Assembly: GCA_003228495.1 (NCBI GenBank)
Contig: QIDY01000052.1
Coordinates: 1-43,166, forward strand
DNA: 43,166 nt
Source: Nitrospirota bacterium
Lineage (GTDB): Bacteria > Nitrospirota > Nitrospiria > Nitrospirales > UBA8639
Direction of reading: 5' to 3'
Shown here: positions 9,214 through 18,812 of the stretch, piece by piece
How the letters are laid out: each line of letters opens with the position of its first letter
Numbering within the stretch: the stretch's first letter is position 1
Program-made: the position numbers and the translations under genes
The notes under the pieces: model-generated
Databases searched by the model: none
What the model was told of the DNA's origin: nothing
What the model saw: only the letters and a program-made list of their open reading frames with translations

Positions 9214-9557
9214 CAGTCCACCGCATCCTGCCAACCCGTATATTCTTCCACCACTTCCTCGGTATCAGCTCGCCTATGAGAATAAATACAGACGTAACTT
9301 GTATGGTCTTCTAGTGCTGTAATGGCATGGAAGACCCCCTTCTCTGTCAGAATCCATGGCATTAGCTCATATGCCGATTTCTTGACACTATGCACCACGT
9401 TTCCTTTTTCACCATCTAACTTCTGGAACAGAATGCTGCCTTTCAGGCAAAGCGTGACATGATCGAAATGGTGTGAATGAGAATCAACCCTCTCATCTTT
9501 CTTCATGAAACCATGCGGCACCCGCATGAAAATGTTTCCCGCTACATATTCCGGCAT
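9213..9557 (-). CDS. Cupin-fold protein
   Basis: Motif H.HHFDHVTLCLKGS...KGVFH.ITALED; RBS AAGGAG. Confidence 0.75.
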   Translation of the reverse strand: MPEYVAGNIFMRVPHGFMKKDERVDSHSHHFDHVTLCLKGSILFQKLDGEKGNVVHSVKKSAYELMPWILTEKGVFHAITALEDHTSYVCIYSHRRADTEEVVEEYTGWQDAVD

Positions 9558-9577
9558 GTAGTCTCCTTATAAATTCG

Positions 9578-10189
9578 CTAGACCAATTGAGTCAGCTTGC
9601 TCCCGGCAAACACACGAAGCGGCCCAACCACAGCAAACCCATTCGGGGTAATCTGTGAGGCAACTGGTACGCCTTGGGCGACGGTGCCAACCAGGGCAAG
9701 GGCGAAACTCCCGTTGTCTGTGTCAGCCCAATCCCCGTTAAAATCTCCCCCGCTGGCAACGGCACTTTCAAGACGTATACCTCGATCATAGATCCTCACT
9801 AGCCCTTCCCCCGGACTAATAGCCAAGGTCAGCTTAAAGATACGGCCCACCCCCAACTCGGCCCCGTTGTTCCAAGTAGCAACGGCCTGTTCCGTGGTGA
9901 GCCCCCCCGCTGTCAATCCGATTGTTTCATCCCCCACCCAAGCGGCGGCTCCGCGTGTGCTGCTTCCAAACTCAAAAATCAAACCACGGTGAACCCCGGC
10001 GTTCGAAAGAATCAACAACTCGACCTCAAAAAATATCGGGGCCAAGCGGTCAGGGAATAGGTCGTCGGTTACTAACGGGGTTACCCCCACCGCGGAAGTC
10101 CCGATAATGGTGTGGGTCCGGTGCTGGAAAGACCGCCCTCCGTTGCTTAACCGGCGCTTCCTTGCAAGTAACTCTTGAGCGTGAGGCAT
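9578..10189 (-). CDS. Hypothetical protein, possibly lectin/concanavalin-like beta fold
   Basis: 203 aa, RBS AGGAGG, beta-rich with GLIFEFGSS.RG...W. Confidence 0.6.
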   Translation of the reverse strand: MPHAQELLARKRRLSNGGRSFQHRTHTIIGTSAVGVTPLVTDDLFPDRLAPIFFEVELLILSNAGVHRGLIFEFGSSTRGAAAWVGDETIGLTAGGLTTEQAVATWNNGAELGVGRIFKLTLAISPGEGLVRIYDRGIRLESAVASGGDFNGDWADTDNGSFALALVGTVAQGVPVASQITPNGFAVVGPLRVFAGSKLTQLV

Positions 10190-10198
10190 AGACCCCTC

Positions 10199-10915
10199 CT
10201 ATCGAACGGCCCCGTAGGCGGGCCGCTGTGTGCCGAATGCAGGCTTTCGAACATTAAGGGCAACGTCAATAGGTGCCCGATGCTCTAATAGTTTTTTCAC
10301 CTCACCGGGATTGGTGTGTGACTTCAAAAAGGCCATGGCCTGTTCCCGGCGTTTGGCCCGAGACTCATTCTGTCGCTCGATGTAGGCCCGTATCCCCTGT
10401 TGATTTTCATTCGGAGCAATGCGTTCATGCCGGGCACTCAACTGAGAGCAGCGAGTCCCAAGCTCTGCCAGCTTTTTTGTGATCTGTTCCCGGCGTCGAA
10501 CCAGTTCATGAATCTGCTGATTGAACTCCTTGATTCCCCGGTTTACTAGCTCGTGATTATTCCAAACATGCCGAGGGTCCATGGCCATGATCTCTTCATC
10601 TACCACCTCAAGGGCTAACCATCCCGGCACTTGAGGAGGCCCCGGATTAACAGAAGGCTTGGAGAAGGGTGCCACCTCTTCCGCGTCCTGCTCCATGGGT
10701 GCATGACTCCCAAGAAGTTCCGGGGCCTTTGCCCGAGTCAATTCCGGCCATGCTTCGGTAACCGCGTTTCGAGTGATGGCGCTATCTTCGCAAAGAACTT
10801 GGATGACCGGCACCTTGGGAAACCCATCTACAGTCCAATGACTGTCATCGGTGGGGTCCAGGGATTTGAGGGCATCGAGAATTGAAGTTGAGTTGGGTGC
10901 TGTGTCGGTGGTCAT
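10199..10915 (-). CDS. Hypothetical protein (N-terminal LDP..DSHWT.DG.PKV domain plus coiled coil)
   Basis: 238 aa, RBS AAGGAG, downstream of the capsid genes. Confidence 0.7.
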   Translation of the reverse strand: MTTDTAPNSTSILDALKSLDPTDDSHWTVDGFPKVPVIQVLCEDSAITRNAVTEAWPELTRAKAPELLGSHAPMEQDAEEVAPFSKPSVNPGPPQVPGWLALEVVDEEIMAMDPRHVWNNHELVNRGIKEFNQQIHELVRRREQITKKLAELGTRCSQLSARHERIAPNENQQGIRAYIERQNESRAKRREQAMAFLKSHTNPGEVKKLLEHRAPIDVALNVRKPAFGTQRPAYGAVR

Positions 10916-10929
10916 AAGGCTCCTTCGGT

Positions 10930-10972
10930 AAAAAGTAAAAGAGGAAAGCGGGGGGGTTGGCCCCCGCTTTCC
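10930..10972 (-). terminator. Rho-independent terminator
   Basis: Stem GGAAAGCGGGGG/CCCCCGCTTTCC followed by TCTTTTACTTTT on the minus strand. Confidence 0.8.
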
Positions 10973-10980
10973 GTTGGTGG

Positions 10981-11502
10981 TTAATCGTCACCGAGAACCA
11001 TGTAGGCGATATCCAGTTCTCCTTCCAGGGTAGCCAGCATCGTATCCGCTGAAATGTCCGCGTCATCCACAAGGACGCTCGCGTTGATTTCCAATGAGCC
11101 AGTCGTGTTGTCAAGAATGGCGATCGGCGCAGCGGCAAGAGAAGCCCCCCTGGTTCGTGGGGAAACCTCAGCTGTGGCCGCGGCAAGCGCGGTCGAAGGA
11201 ATGATGTCCACGTCAGCCCCGGTAATCGTACCGTCAGAGGCGGGGGTTGTTCCTATTCCAAAGTCACCAGCCCATGTGTCGGATAGCCCAGCTTGTCCAC
11301 CGGCTCCGACAACTGACAGGTAAGCAACCGCGGATATGAAATGAATATTCCCCTCTGGAAAGTCACCGATAGGCACGGTGCCCCAACCGACACCGGTTGC
11401 CCCATCTATAACGATAGGAACCGCGCTGATTTTGATTCGTTTTTTCTGGACGCCTTGATTGACGTTGGCCCGTTTATGAGCCCTTGGGTTTCCTTTTCCC
11501 AT
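10981..11502 (-). CDS. Putative head decoration / virion structural protein
   Basis: Directly follows the major capsid gene; G/A/T-rich beta protein; followed by a terminator. Confidence 0.65.
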   Translation of the reverse strand: MGKGNPRAHKRANVNQGVQKKRIKISAVPIVIDGATGVGWGTVPIGDFPEGNIHFISAVAYLSVVGAGGQAGLSDTWAGDFGIGTTPASDGTITGADVDIIPSTALAAATAEVSPRTRGASLAAAPIAILDNTTGSLEINASVLVDDADISADTMLATLEGELDIAYMVLGDD

Positions 11503-11535
11503 AATTAAGTCCTCCGGTTTTGTGTGTGAGTGGTG

Positions 11536-11565
11536 AAAAGTGGGGATGGTCCGAAGACCACCCCC
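11536..11565 (-). terminator. C(UUCG)G hairpin after the capsid gene, probable terminator or stabiliser
   Basis: Minus strand GGGGTGGTC-TTCG-GACCATCCCCACTTTT. Confidence 0.65.
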
Positions 11566-11587
11566 GTTTCTCGTTCAGCGAACGAGA

Positions 11588-12649
11588 TTAGGCTTCTCGT
11601 GTCACCAACCGGGCGAACTTAATTTGCTTGCGTTCTGGCAACACCCGATTCCATGATCCGGCGTTGTTGAGTTGGTTGGCTCCGGTGCCGTTACCTGGTC
11701 CACCGTTCGGGGCTGTCCCGGTGTAGGCATGGCCGCGAGGATGGAGCGCCCACTCCAAGCGGTTGAATAATATCTCCTGTCCTCCACCGTTACCGGCCTG
11801 CGGTTCACGAGCCACCTCACTCGGAACCTTGGGCGTCCCTACCCCCCATTGCATAGCACCTAACCCGAAGATCCAGGTGTCATACACACTGGTAGCATTC
11901 GGCAAGGCATCATCGACAATGACTTCATGTCGACCCATAAAGCGGCTGATTTCAAATCCACTTTCTGAATCCTTTACCGTGTCAATAAGGTTGTTTTTTT
12001 GCATCCGGTTGAATACCACCGAATGAACCAGCATGACCGCGAGTTGATCCATGGAATCACCCATGGTAACGGTCGCATCCAAAAAGGCTTCCGCGGTGAA
12101 GTTGGTCACTCCATCAACAAAGACCGCGGCAGATACGTCATTCTCATAGTCACCGGAATCATTCGCCACATTGTCAGCAATGACCCCGTTCATGGTTGCA
12201 ATAAAGACCGCTTGAAGTCGCCGCGCCCAATAGAAACCGACTCGAGACATAATCCCGTTCAACGGGTCAATCCCGGCCAAGGCCGCAGCAAGATCCGCGC
12301 TAGACCAACTGTTGTTTCGTGACAGCCGGACCGCAATCTCTGTCGCGGTACTGATTTTCAATGGTGCGCTATCGAGGCGTGTCGCGGGAGTACCGGCCCC
12401 ATAGTCAGCGGCGATCACGTCCGCCACACTATCGGTCGACACATTATCCACATCATCATCCAAGTCATTCTGGCTCGGCATGTTGACGGTTAAACCCCCA
12501 CCGGCTAGGAATGCATCCAGTAAAGGATTCCTACTTAGAACGCCAGACTGTACGAGTCTGGCCTTCTGCTCGGTGAGGTTTTGGACGTAAGGAGTGAAAA
12601 GTTGAGGAACAACTATATCAGAAACTTGGACTAATGGACCTGTAGCCAT
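11588..12649 (-). CDS. Major capsid protein
   Basis: Motifs SDIVVPQLFTPYV...QSGVL, VIVDDALP and R....GNGGGQEIL..R.....HPRG; follows the scaffold gene; RBS GGAGGAG. Confidence 0.9.
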   Translation of the reverse strand: MATGPLVQVSDIVVPQLFTPYVQNLTEQKARLVQSGVLSRNPLLDAFLAGGGLTVNMPSQNDLDDDVDNVSTDSVADVIAADYGAGTPATRLDSAPLKISTATEIAVRLSRNNSWSSADLAAALAGIDPLNGIMSRVGFYWARRLQAVFIATMNGVIADNVANDSGDYENDVSAAVFVDGVTNFTAEAFLDATVTMGDSMDQLAVMLVHSVVFNRMQKNNLIDTVKDSESGFEISRFMGRHEVIVDDALPNATSVYDTWIFGLGAMQWGVGTPKVPSEVAREPQAGNGGGQEILFNRLEWALHPRGHAYTGTAPNGGPGNGTGANQLNNAGSWNRVLPERKQIKFARLVTREA

Positions 12650-12776
12650 AAGGGTTCTCCTCCAAAGTTAAGTTCCAGAAAAAACTGGAACGAAAGGCGG
12701 GAGGTCCCCCGAGGTTCCTCCAACACCGGGTGAAAAAATATTTCACGCCCGAGCGTGTTGGGTCAGTCTGTCTATC

Positions 12777-13640
12777 CTACTTTGCAGCAACCGGGGGAGT
12801 AGTGGCCCCCACACTGGACCCCGCGGCCTTGGCCGCTTGGTGCGCTTTATCCTCTCCTTGCTTGACGATGTATTCGCCTTGCTTGGTTTGGTTCCAATTT
12901 GCCCTCATCCAGGGATTGTCCCCGTTCATGCCTCCACCTTGACCCCCACCCGTGGAACCTGCTCCGTGGGAAGGCGGGAAGATGTGGGGCCGACTAGGGC
13001 CAATCTCAGTAAGCCAGTCTTCCGGGGAGAGTCCAGGCGTTAAACCGACTCCATCCCGCGTAATGACTCGCCTACCGCCATCCTGCTCAACCACTTCAAA
13101 GACTCTCTCCGACAACATCAAGAGGTCTTGAATCGCCGTAGGGACGACTTTAATCTTTTCCGCGGCTTTGCGAACGGCGTCATGTACATTGATTTTTGAA
13201 ATGGTACCGCGAAGGTCCGTCGTTGACACCTTCTCGATTTCCCACCCGTCTTTGGCTAGCTTCAATTCGCGTTCCAGCGGCCCGAGCTTGGATTTGATCC
13301 GCGCTTCAACTAGCGAGTTCACCTTGTCGTCATCTGGCTTGCCCAAGCTTGCCAGTTGCGCTTCCAGTTCCGACACCTTATCTTCCATGGTGTGAAACTG
13401 ATCGGCGGTATGTTCACCGAACGCATCGACCTTTTCCTTGAGGCCATCACGTTCCTCTCGGAGCTTCCGGTTGGCCACTTCCAACTTATGCACATTGCCT
13501 TCGGTGACTAGGCCCTCGATATTGATGAGGACCCATTTACCATCATTGGCTCCCGGTTCTGACTGTCCGCGCTGTTCAAACAAATCCCGGTATTCGACCG
13601 GGATGTCTTCGATCTTGTCGTACTTGGCTTTGAGCTTCAT
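12777..13640 (-). CDS. Capsid scaffolding protein
   Basis: MKLK..YD..EDIP.EYRDLF start, coiled coil, C-terminal PHIFPPS.GAGS.GG...NPW....WNQTKQG. Confidence 0.85.
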   Translation of the reverse strand: MKLKAKYDKIEDIPVEYRDLFEQRGQSEPGANDGKWVLINIEGLVTEGNVHKLEVANRKLREERDGLKEKVDAFGEHTADQFHTMEDKVSELEAQLASLGKPDDDKVNSLVEARIKSKLGPLERELKLAKDGWEIEKVSTTDLRGTISKINVHDAVRKAAEKIKVVPTAIQDLLMLSERVFEVVEQDGGRRVITRDGVGLTPGLSPEDWLTEIGPSRPHIFPPSHGAGSTGGGQGGGMNGDNPWMRANWNQTKQGEYIVKQGEDKAHQAAKAAGSSVGATTPPVAAK

Positions 13641-13667
13641 GCAAAATCCTTCCGCTAAACGATTAAA

Positions 13668-13696
13668 ATTCTACCCTCTACGGAAAGCTTTGTAAA
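13668..13696 (-). promoter_or_regulatory. Sigma70-like promoter for scaffold/capsid genes
   Basis: TTTACA-N17-TAGAAT. Confidence 0.55.
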
Positions 13697-13707
13697 GGGT
13701 GGTCGGG

Positions 13708-14835
13708 TCAATCTATACCTGCGAGCTTAAAGGCTTGGGGGTTCAACCTGCGTAATTCCGGCAACGTCAAGGACTTTCCGGCGTCATTCACAAAGTTATC
13801 GACAGTCAATTTTCCCTTCCGGAACAACTTGCCTTTTGTCACCCCAAGCCGATCATTTTGAAATGCGGCCGTCTGTTTCTTTAGAAAAACCTGATAGGTT
13901 TCAGATGCGGGAACCTGGCCTACTAACCCATCAACCACCCTCCGGCGTTCATCACCCTTGAGCCCTTCGAGCATTTTTTTGGTGGTTGCATTGGCGGGAC
14001 GTGTGCCGAGGAGCCTACCCCTAACAGCCGGAGTCCTCAATGACCTGCAATTGAAATGGACAGGGGGGGTAGGGCCTTTGCCAACCTCAAAACGCTTGCC
14101 ATCCAGTGAGGCGCAAATATCGGTGGTCCTGGCATCCAGGGTAGCCACATAAATTTCTATTGGGATGATCGCTTTATTGGCTACGTACAATTCCTGTCGT
14201 GATTCGTTGCTTATGAAACTTACCGCGGTGTTGACTATGCTTTGAATGTTCCGGCGTGTGGTCCTCCGTACCCCATCATTGAATCGTTGTGTACTGGTTC
14301 CAAAGACCCGGCGACCTATTTGCACTGAGCTTTCCCCTTGTACAAGGCCAATCCTAATTTGCCCCATCATGCGGGCACGGTCCGCGGCCTCAAGTTCGGT
14401 CACCCACCGGGACAAGATTTTCCCTTCAAAGGGTTGCGAGGTGACAATCCTTCTAAGGTTTTGTGTGTTGGGAAGGTCTAAGGCGACCGTTACGGGTAAC
14501 GCGGAGGTGATGGTATTAGCGGCGAAGGCGACTTCCATTTGAGCCAGCTCAAGAATATTGCTCCGCAACTCACCCCGGACTTGCTTCCATACGGGCCGCT
14601 GTAGTTCACGGATACCTTCTTGCAATTTGAGAAGGCGCCTAGTCCTGACCTTGCCAAACCGGGGAAGGTCTGAGGTCAAGACATCCATACGACGCTCTAT
14701 CAATCCCCTGAGGTCACGATCAACGGCATTCAAAAGCTGAGTCATCTCCCGGCCCACCCCCGCAGCTGCTCGGAGAAGTTCGGTTTGGTGGACAATCAGC
14801 TTGTCACGAATCTCTTCATTGGCGGTTTGGGCCAT
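13708..14835 (-). CDS. Head morphogenesis protein (Mu gpF / SPP1 gp7 family)
   Basis: Motif ATLDARTTDICASLDG...PPVHFNCRS. Confidence 0.9.
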   Translation of the reverse strand: MAQTANEEIRDKLIVHQTELLRAAAGVGREMTQLLNAVDRDLRGLIERRMDVLTSDLPRFGKVRTRRLLKLQEGIRELQRPVWKQVRGELRSNILELAQMEVAFAANTITSALPVTVALDLPNTQNLRRIVTSQPFEGKILSRWVTELEAADRARMMGQIRIGLVQGESSVQIGRRVFGTSTQRFNDGVRRTTRRNIQSIVNTAVSFISNESRQELYVANKAIIPIEIYVATLDARTTDICASLDGKRFEVGKGPTPPVHFNCRSLRTPAVRGRLLGTRPANATTKKMLEGLKGDERRRVVDGLVGQVPASETYQVFLKKQTAAFQNDRLGVTKGKLFRKGKLTVDNFVNDAGKSLTLPELRRLNPQAFKLAGID

Positions 14836-16547
14836 TACCTACCTCGACGCCTTCTTCCGCCTTGCCTACCCTGAGGTGGATCCTCGTCGGGGTCTGGTTC
14901 TCCGGTGCCCTGCCCTTTCACCCTTTGCTCTTGTCCTTGCCCTGGCCCTGGCCCTGGCCCTGGCCCCTGGCCCCCGGCGTTTAACATGGCCAACTGAAAC
15001 TCACGATCTTCGGCTTTGGCCGCGGCCTCGGCCTCTGGATCGGGTTGGCCCTTTATGGGCTCCTCAGACTCAATCTTTTCCAATTCTTCATCTAAATCAA
15101 AATTAGTCACATCTTTCTCCGACATCCACCTATGGACGCTTTCCCGTGAAAGTGGTGCCCCTAGGGTCTTCGCTGTCATAAGGTCAACCAAGTCTTTCGG
15201 TGCGAACTGATCCCCGATAAAGTCAGTGTTGGGGGTGACTACAACCTCGGTCTCATCAAGCCCTCTCCACCTGGCCATAAACTTCAAGGCGTTCTCCAAG
15301 CCCTCAGCCCCGGCCTTGATGACGGTGAGAATTGAGGCGGTCCGGGCGGCTACCCTGATCCGTAGGGTTTCTTCAGCCTCCTTGCCCCCTCCCTTACTGC
15401 TAGACAGAAGGTTGGCCCCAAGCTCACTCGCCCGGTTGCGGTCATTCTCAAGGCTTTGCCGTTGTTCTCCGAGACCCTGGCTGGATACCCCAATGTACTT
15501 GGCATCCGCACCCATAGGGAGGTCTAGGCTGTTGTTCGCTCCAATAATACGTGATTTTCCCGTGGTTTCATCCCCTATGTCTCCAATAATGACTAAGGTA
15601 TCCTGGCCTTGCATAAAAAGGGTGTGCCGGTAATCAGCTTCCCCCCTGTAGATGGCAAGACTTAAGTTCGCAAGTCCCAGGATTGGCACCTGGTCCGGGT
15701 CCGCAGAGAGGTCAACACTCCCCAAGAAAATGAAAGGGATTTCTTCAAGGGTGGTTCCCCGGATTTGAGGGATGACCCCTTGAACGCTTCCAGCACCTTG
15801 AGCGGTCACTTCAGTTTGTCGGTTGACCCCTTCATTCTGCCTATTGATTTCGCTACTGACCATCAAGCGTGAACGGTAAACGGCCCCTTGCTGTGGAGGT
15901 ACCGGGGTATTGCTCCCTATGATTTCGTTCGCGTTGGCTGCTTGGACAAGATCCAAGACTAAGTGCTTCTGGACATACTCCCATCCAAATTCACTAGTCC
16001 GTTCACTGGCGCTTTCATCCAGCACCACTAAGTCTGGTTTAAGCCTCCCATCTTTTCTGCGGCTTTCATCCCAATTGATTATTTTTTCTGCTTCATACAC
16101 GGTGATGTATGGAATCCCTTCTGACCCATCCGGCACGTCAACCAAGAGCCCAACGCGACCCGTTATTAACTGCGCTTCATTGATCCGACGCAACAGGGTT
16201 TGTAGCCCCTCACCTTCCAGTGTCGCATTGAGGCGAACATCTTCCATTCCTTCCGGCAATTGAATGTCAGCCTCTTCACGGTGCATAGTGCCGACCAAGG
16301 CGTTTATGGCTGGCCGACATAAATCAGGAAACACAGAACGCAGCAAGTAGGCTTCGTATTGCTTGAGCCCTTCCTGTCCCGCACTCATGCCCCGCTTTCG
16401 CATCCCACTGGTTGCCGATAAATAGGTTTCGCGTTTGGATTTGATTTGTCGTTGCCCCTTCACGCAATCCCGAGCAATGACCCAATCAGGAAGGATCTCG
16501 TCATAAAGCGGGTGGTGGTTTTGGACATTCTCTGTTGACATGGGCAA
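14835..16547 (-). CDS. Portal protein (DUF4055-like)
   Basis: Directly after terL; motifs HPLY...W....DC..G...IK....YL, YEAY..R..F, Y.AE.IINW and P...LANL.LA.YR..ADY. Confidence 0.9.
   Translation of the reverse strand: MPMSTENVQNHHPLYDEILPDWVIARDCVKGQRQIKSKRETYLSATSGMRKRGMSAGQEGLKQYEAYLLRSVFPDLCRPAINALVGTMHREEADIQLPEGMEDVRLNATLEGEGLQTLLRRINEAQLITGRVGLLVDVPDGSEGIPYITVYEAEKIINWDESRRKDGRLKPDLVVLDESASERTSEFGWEYVQKHLVLDLVQAANANEIIGSNTPVPPQQGAVYRSRLMVSSEINRQNEGVNRQTEVTAQGAGSVQGVIPQIRGTTLEEIPFIFLGSVDLSADPDQVPILGLANLSLAIYRGEADYRHTLFMQGQDTLVIIGDIGDETTGKSRIIGANNSLDLPMGADAKYIGVSSQGLGEQRQSLENDRNRASELGANLLSSSKGGGKEAEETLRIRVAARTASILTVIKAGAEGLENALKFMARWRGLDETEVVVTPNTDFIGDQFAPKDLVDLMTAKTLGAPLSRESVHRWMSEKDVTNFDLDEELEKIESEEPIKGQPDPEAEAAAKAEDREFQLAMLNAGGQGPGPGPGPGQGQEQRVKGQGTGEPDPDEDPPQGRQGGRRRRGR
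14935..14970 (-). repeat. Hexamer microsatellite (CCAGGG)n encoding GQGPGPGPGPGQGQ
   Basis: Tandem ccctgg units on the + strand in the low-complexity C-terminal tail of the portal. Confidence 0.8.
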
Positions 16548-16570
16548 GTCTCCTTAAGTGGTCATGAGGT

Positions 16571-18241
16571 TTAATACATCCCCACTGTCGGAGTGGAGCG
16601 AACCGGCACTGGTTTCCATTGCATCATGTACCGAGCTTCATCATAGTTATGGTCCTCGGCATCGGTAAACACATCATCCGGGTCCGCGGGGTCGCGGGGT
16701 AGTTGGGGAAGGCATCGTATGATTTGATCGCATGTTCGAAAGAAGAAAACTCCCGCTTGCGTCATCGGGGTTTTGTTACTGGCGGTCATTAACTCACGAA
16801 ACAACCGGGCTCCATTGACCCGGCTCCCCGGTCCTTTATCAACCGGGTACCAGAACACTTTATGGGATGACATCTGCGTTGCGATGTTGTTGTTGGGTGG
16901 CCCATCCCAAATTGAACTATCCGCGGGGCCTGGCCGAACACGGCGTTGCAACACAGGCGTTCTATTTTCAATGTCTACTATCTTATCCGCAATGTCTTCG
17001 GCATTCAACCGAGCCCCCTGGTTCGGCTTGCCGTTCCACCCATACCACTCGTGAATCCGAAAGAGTGTTCCTTTCGGATATTGGCGGTGCCCGGTTGGGC
17101 TCACGTCCCCATCGGCTCGGGCCCACCATCCTACCGAGAACGGCTTCGCATAACCATAATCAAAGGAACGGTAAATGGGCCAGGAGCGCGGAACCACAAA
17201 CGGTTCCAGCACCAACACGCTCTCCGCCCATAGGTCGGCAAAGAAGGCCCCCTGTTGAGCGGATTTGTCATGCTGATATTCGGCAAGGAACGCGGTCAAC
17301 CCAATGTCATAGATCAGGTCTTCGCATCGTTTGACATCAAGGTTCTTCCAGGTCGGCGTTCCCCCGGTGATCTTGATTCGGCCCTCGGTAGGTTTGACAT
17401 AGGTAAGTTCCTTGATCGCCGGGATTGGCCCACTCATCACGGCCCCGGTGAGAAATTCAGCACGGCCATCGAGTAACCGGGCGAAGATACTGTTCGCATG
17501 GACAAGGTTTTGAACGGCAAGGATGGCCAGATCGGGGGAGCCAGAAGGGAGTATTTTTTTGGTAAGGGTCGTGATCTTTTTTTGAACGATCAATTCACTG
17601 TCATGGTCTTTGTCGATATCATCAAGGATAATGAAGTCAGGCCGTTGATTCTCTAGCTTGGCCCCGCGGCCAAACGCATCCAACCCTACCGCGTCAATGG
17701 TCAATCCGCTTCGTGTTCTTAACCGGCTTTGACTCCATCCCTTGCTTTGCCCGTACTTGCCGAGGCGGCGCTTGCACAACGCGGCGTCCACCACGGAAAG
17801 GTGGGTGGCCTCCAAGGCGCTCTCGATATTCCCGACGTGATCGTTTGCTTGGGCTTGCGTGCCGGAAATATACAGGATGTACCGTTTAATACGTCGGTGG
17901 CCGAGCGCCACACAGGCCAGTTCCGCGTTGGTACTCTTTCCGGTTTCACGGGACCACACGGCCACAAAGGGATTCGGTCGGGAGCCGGGCCGGATAGACC
18001 AGATCCATTCCCATAGGTCCTCGTGAAAATAACTAAAGCAGGTTCCCCCCCCGGCGTAGGTGTAATGCAGGGCGAAGTTCTGCAAGAGCCAAGATTGCCA
18101 GTCATCCCCATCCGTCCGGATGGCTTGGTCACTCTGTGAATTGAGTTCTTGATCCAGCGTATCGAGAAATACACAACTGGATGTCTCTTGAAATGTCGCC
18201 GTAAATTCTTCGAGCGGTGAGGGGGTCAGTATATTTCGCAT
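16571..18241 (-). CDS. terL: Terminase large subunit (start uncertain)
   Basis: Walker A SRETGKST, Walker B RPDFIILDD, nuclease motifs SFDYGYAKPFSVGWW and EDHNYDEARY. Confidence 0.95.
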   Translation of the reverse strand: MRNILTPSPLEEFTATFQETSSCVFLDTLDQELNSQSDQAIRTDGDDWQSWLLQNFALHYTYAGGGTCFSYFHEDLWEWIWSIRPGSRPNPFVAVWSRETGKSTNAELACVALGHRRIKRYILYISGTQAQANDHVGNIESALEATHLSVVDAALCKRRLGKYGQSKGWSQSRLRTRSGLTIDAVGLDAFGRGAKLENQRPDFIILDDIDKDHDSELIVQKKITTLTKKILPSGSPDLAILAVQNLVHANSIFARLLDGRAEFLTGAVMSGPIPAIKELTYVKPTEGRIKITGGTPTWKNLDVKRCEDLIYDIGLTAFLAEYQHDKSAQQGAFFADLWAESVLVLEPFVVPRSWPIYRSFDYGYAKPFSVGWWARADGDVSPTGHRQYPKGTLFRIHEWYGWNGKPNQGARLNAEDIADKIVDIENRTPVLQRRVRPGPADSSIWDGPPNNNIATQMSSHKVFWYPVDKGPGSRVNGARLFRELMTASNKTPMTQAGVFFFRTCDQIIRCLPQLPRDPADPDDVFTDAEDHNYDEARYMMQWKPVPVRSTPTVGMY

Positions 18242-18812
18242 GGGCGGACTTAATACTTTCGGAAATGTACCTCACGAGGATGAGCATTTCTTCCGTGGGG
18301 ATCATCTGTTGATGGTCTTTCATTCGGCGCTGTTCACTGTCTAGGGTTTTCCTTCGCACCTCCATGGTATTCAAGATCCGATCCCATTGCCCGGTAGAGG
18401 CCCGGTCCTCCTTGATGGCTTGGTCAAGGCGAAGGGTGGATGCGGCCATGTGCCGACCCTTGCGGTTGTCCTCACGGAAGGCTTCCCATGCTTGACGGAT
18501 TTCTTTTAACTGTTCCCCTAAATCCCCCTTTCCGCTTTCCTCAAGTAGCTCCGCAATCTTGGCGTCCAGTAGGTGTATGTCCGGCCCGTGCGTTTTGGCT
18601 TGCGGGTCAAGTTGCATGAGCTCGTACTTTTCCCCTAGTCCGGTTGGAAGGTACTTGCTCCACCGACCTGTTTTGAAAAGAGGACTATTGATTCCTGATA
18701 AACTTTTCCCCCCGTGAAATTTGCACCGGCGCTTCCCTTGCATCGGCCAGTTCTTGCACGGTTGGCCTTGTCGATTCTTGGCCCCGCAATGTCTCACGGC
18801 TACCGAGTTCAC
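18129..18812 (-). CDS. terS: Terminase small subunit, HGGxSTG-type N-terminal domain
   Basis: CGAKNRQGQPC...RCKFHGGKS; upstream of terL; probable GTG start at 18812 overlapping the upstream TGA (the track starts it at 18836). Confidence 0.8.
   Translation of the reverse strand: MNSVAVRHCGAKNRQGQPCKNWPMQGKRRCKFHGGKSLSGINSPLFKTGRWSKYLPTGLGEKYELMQLDPQAKTHGPDIHLLDAKIAELLEESGKGDLGEQLKEIRQAWEAFREDNRKGRHMAASTLRLDQAIKEDRASTGQWDRILNTMEVRRKTLDSEQRRMKDHQQMIPTEEMLILVRYISESIKSAHAKYTDPLTARRIYGDISRDIQLCISRYAGSRTQFTE

Noticed and set aside
9578-10915. Readthrough fusion of 10199-10915 with 9578-10189 (same frame across TAG)
   Set aside because: The downstream gene has its own AGGAGG RBS and ATG, and an in-frame arrangement has a one-in-three chance.
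12464-12511. Array B as a guide to the capsid gene (FLA...VNMPxQxD)
   Set aside because: Only 6 ungapped dinucleotide matches (9 with a one-codon gap), within chance expectation for a window this size.
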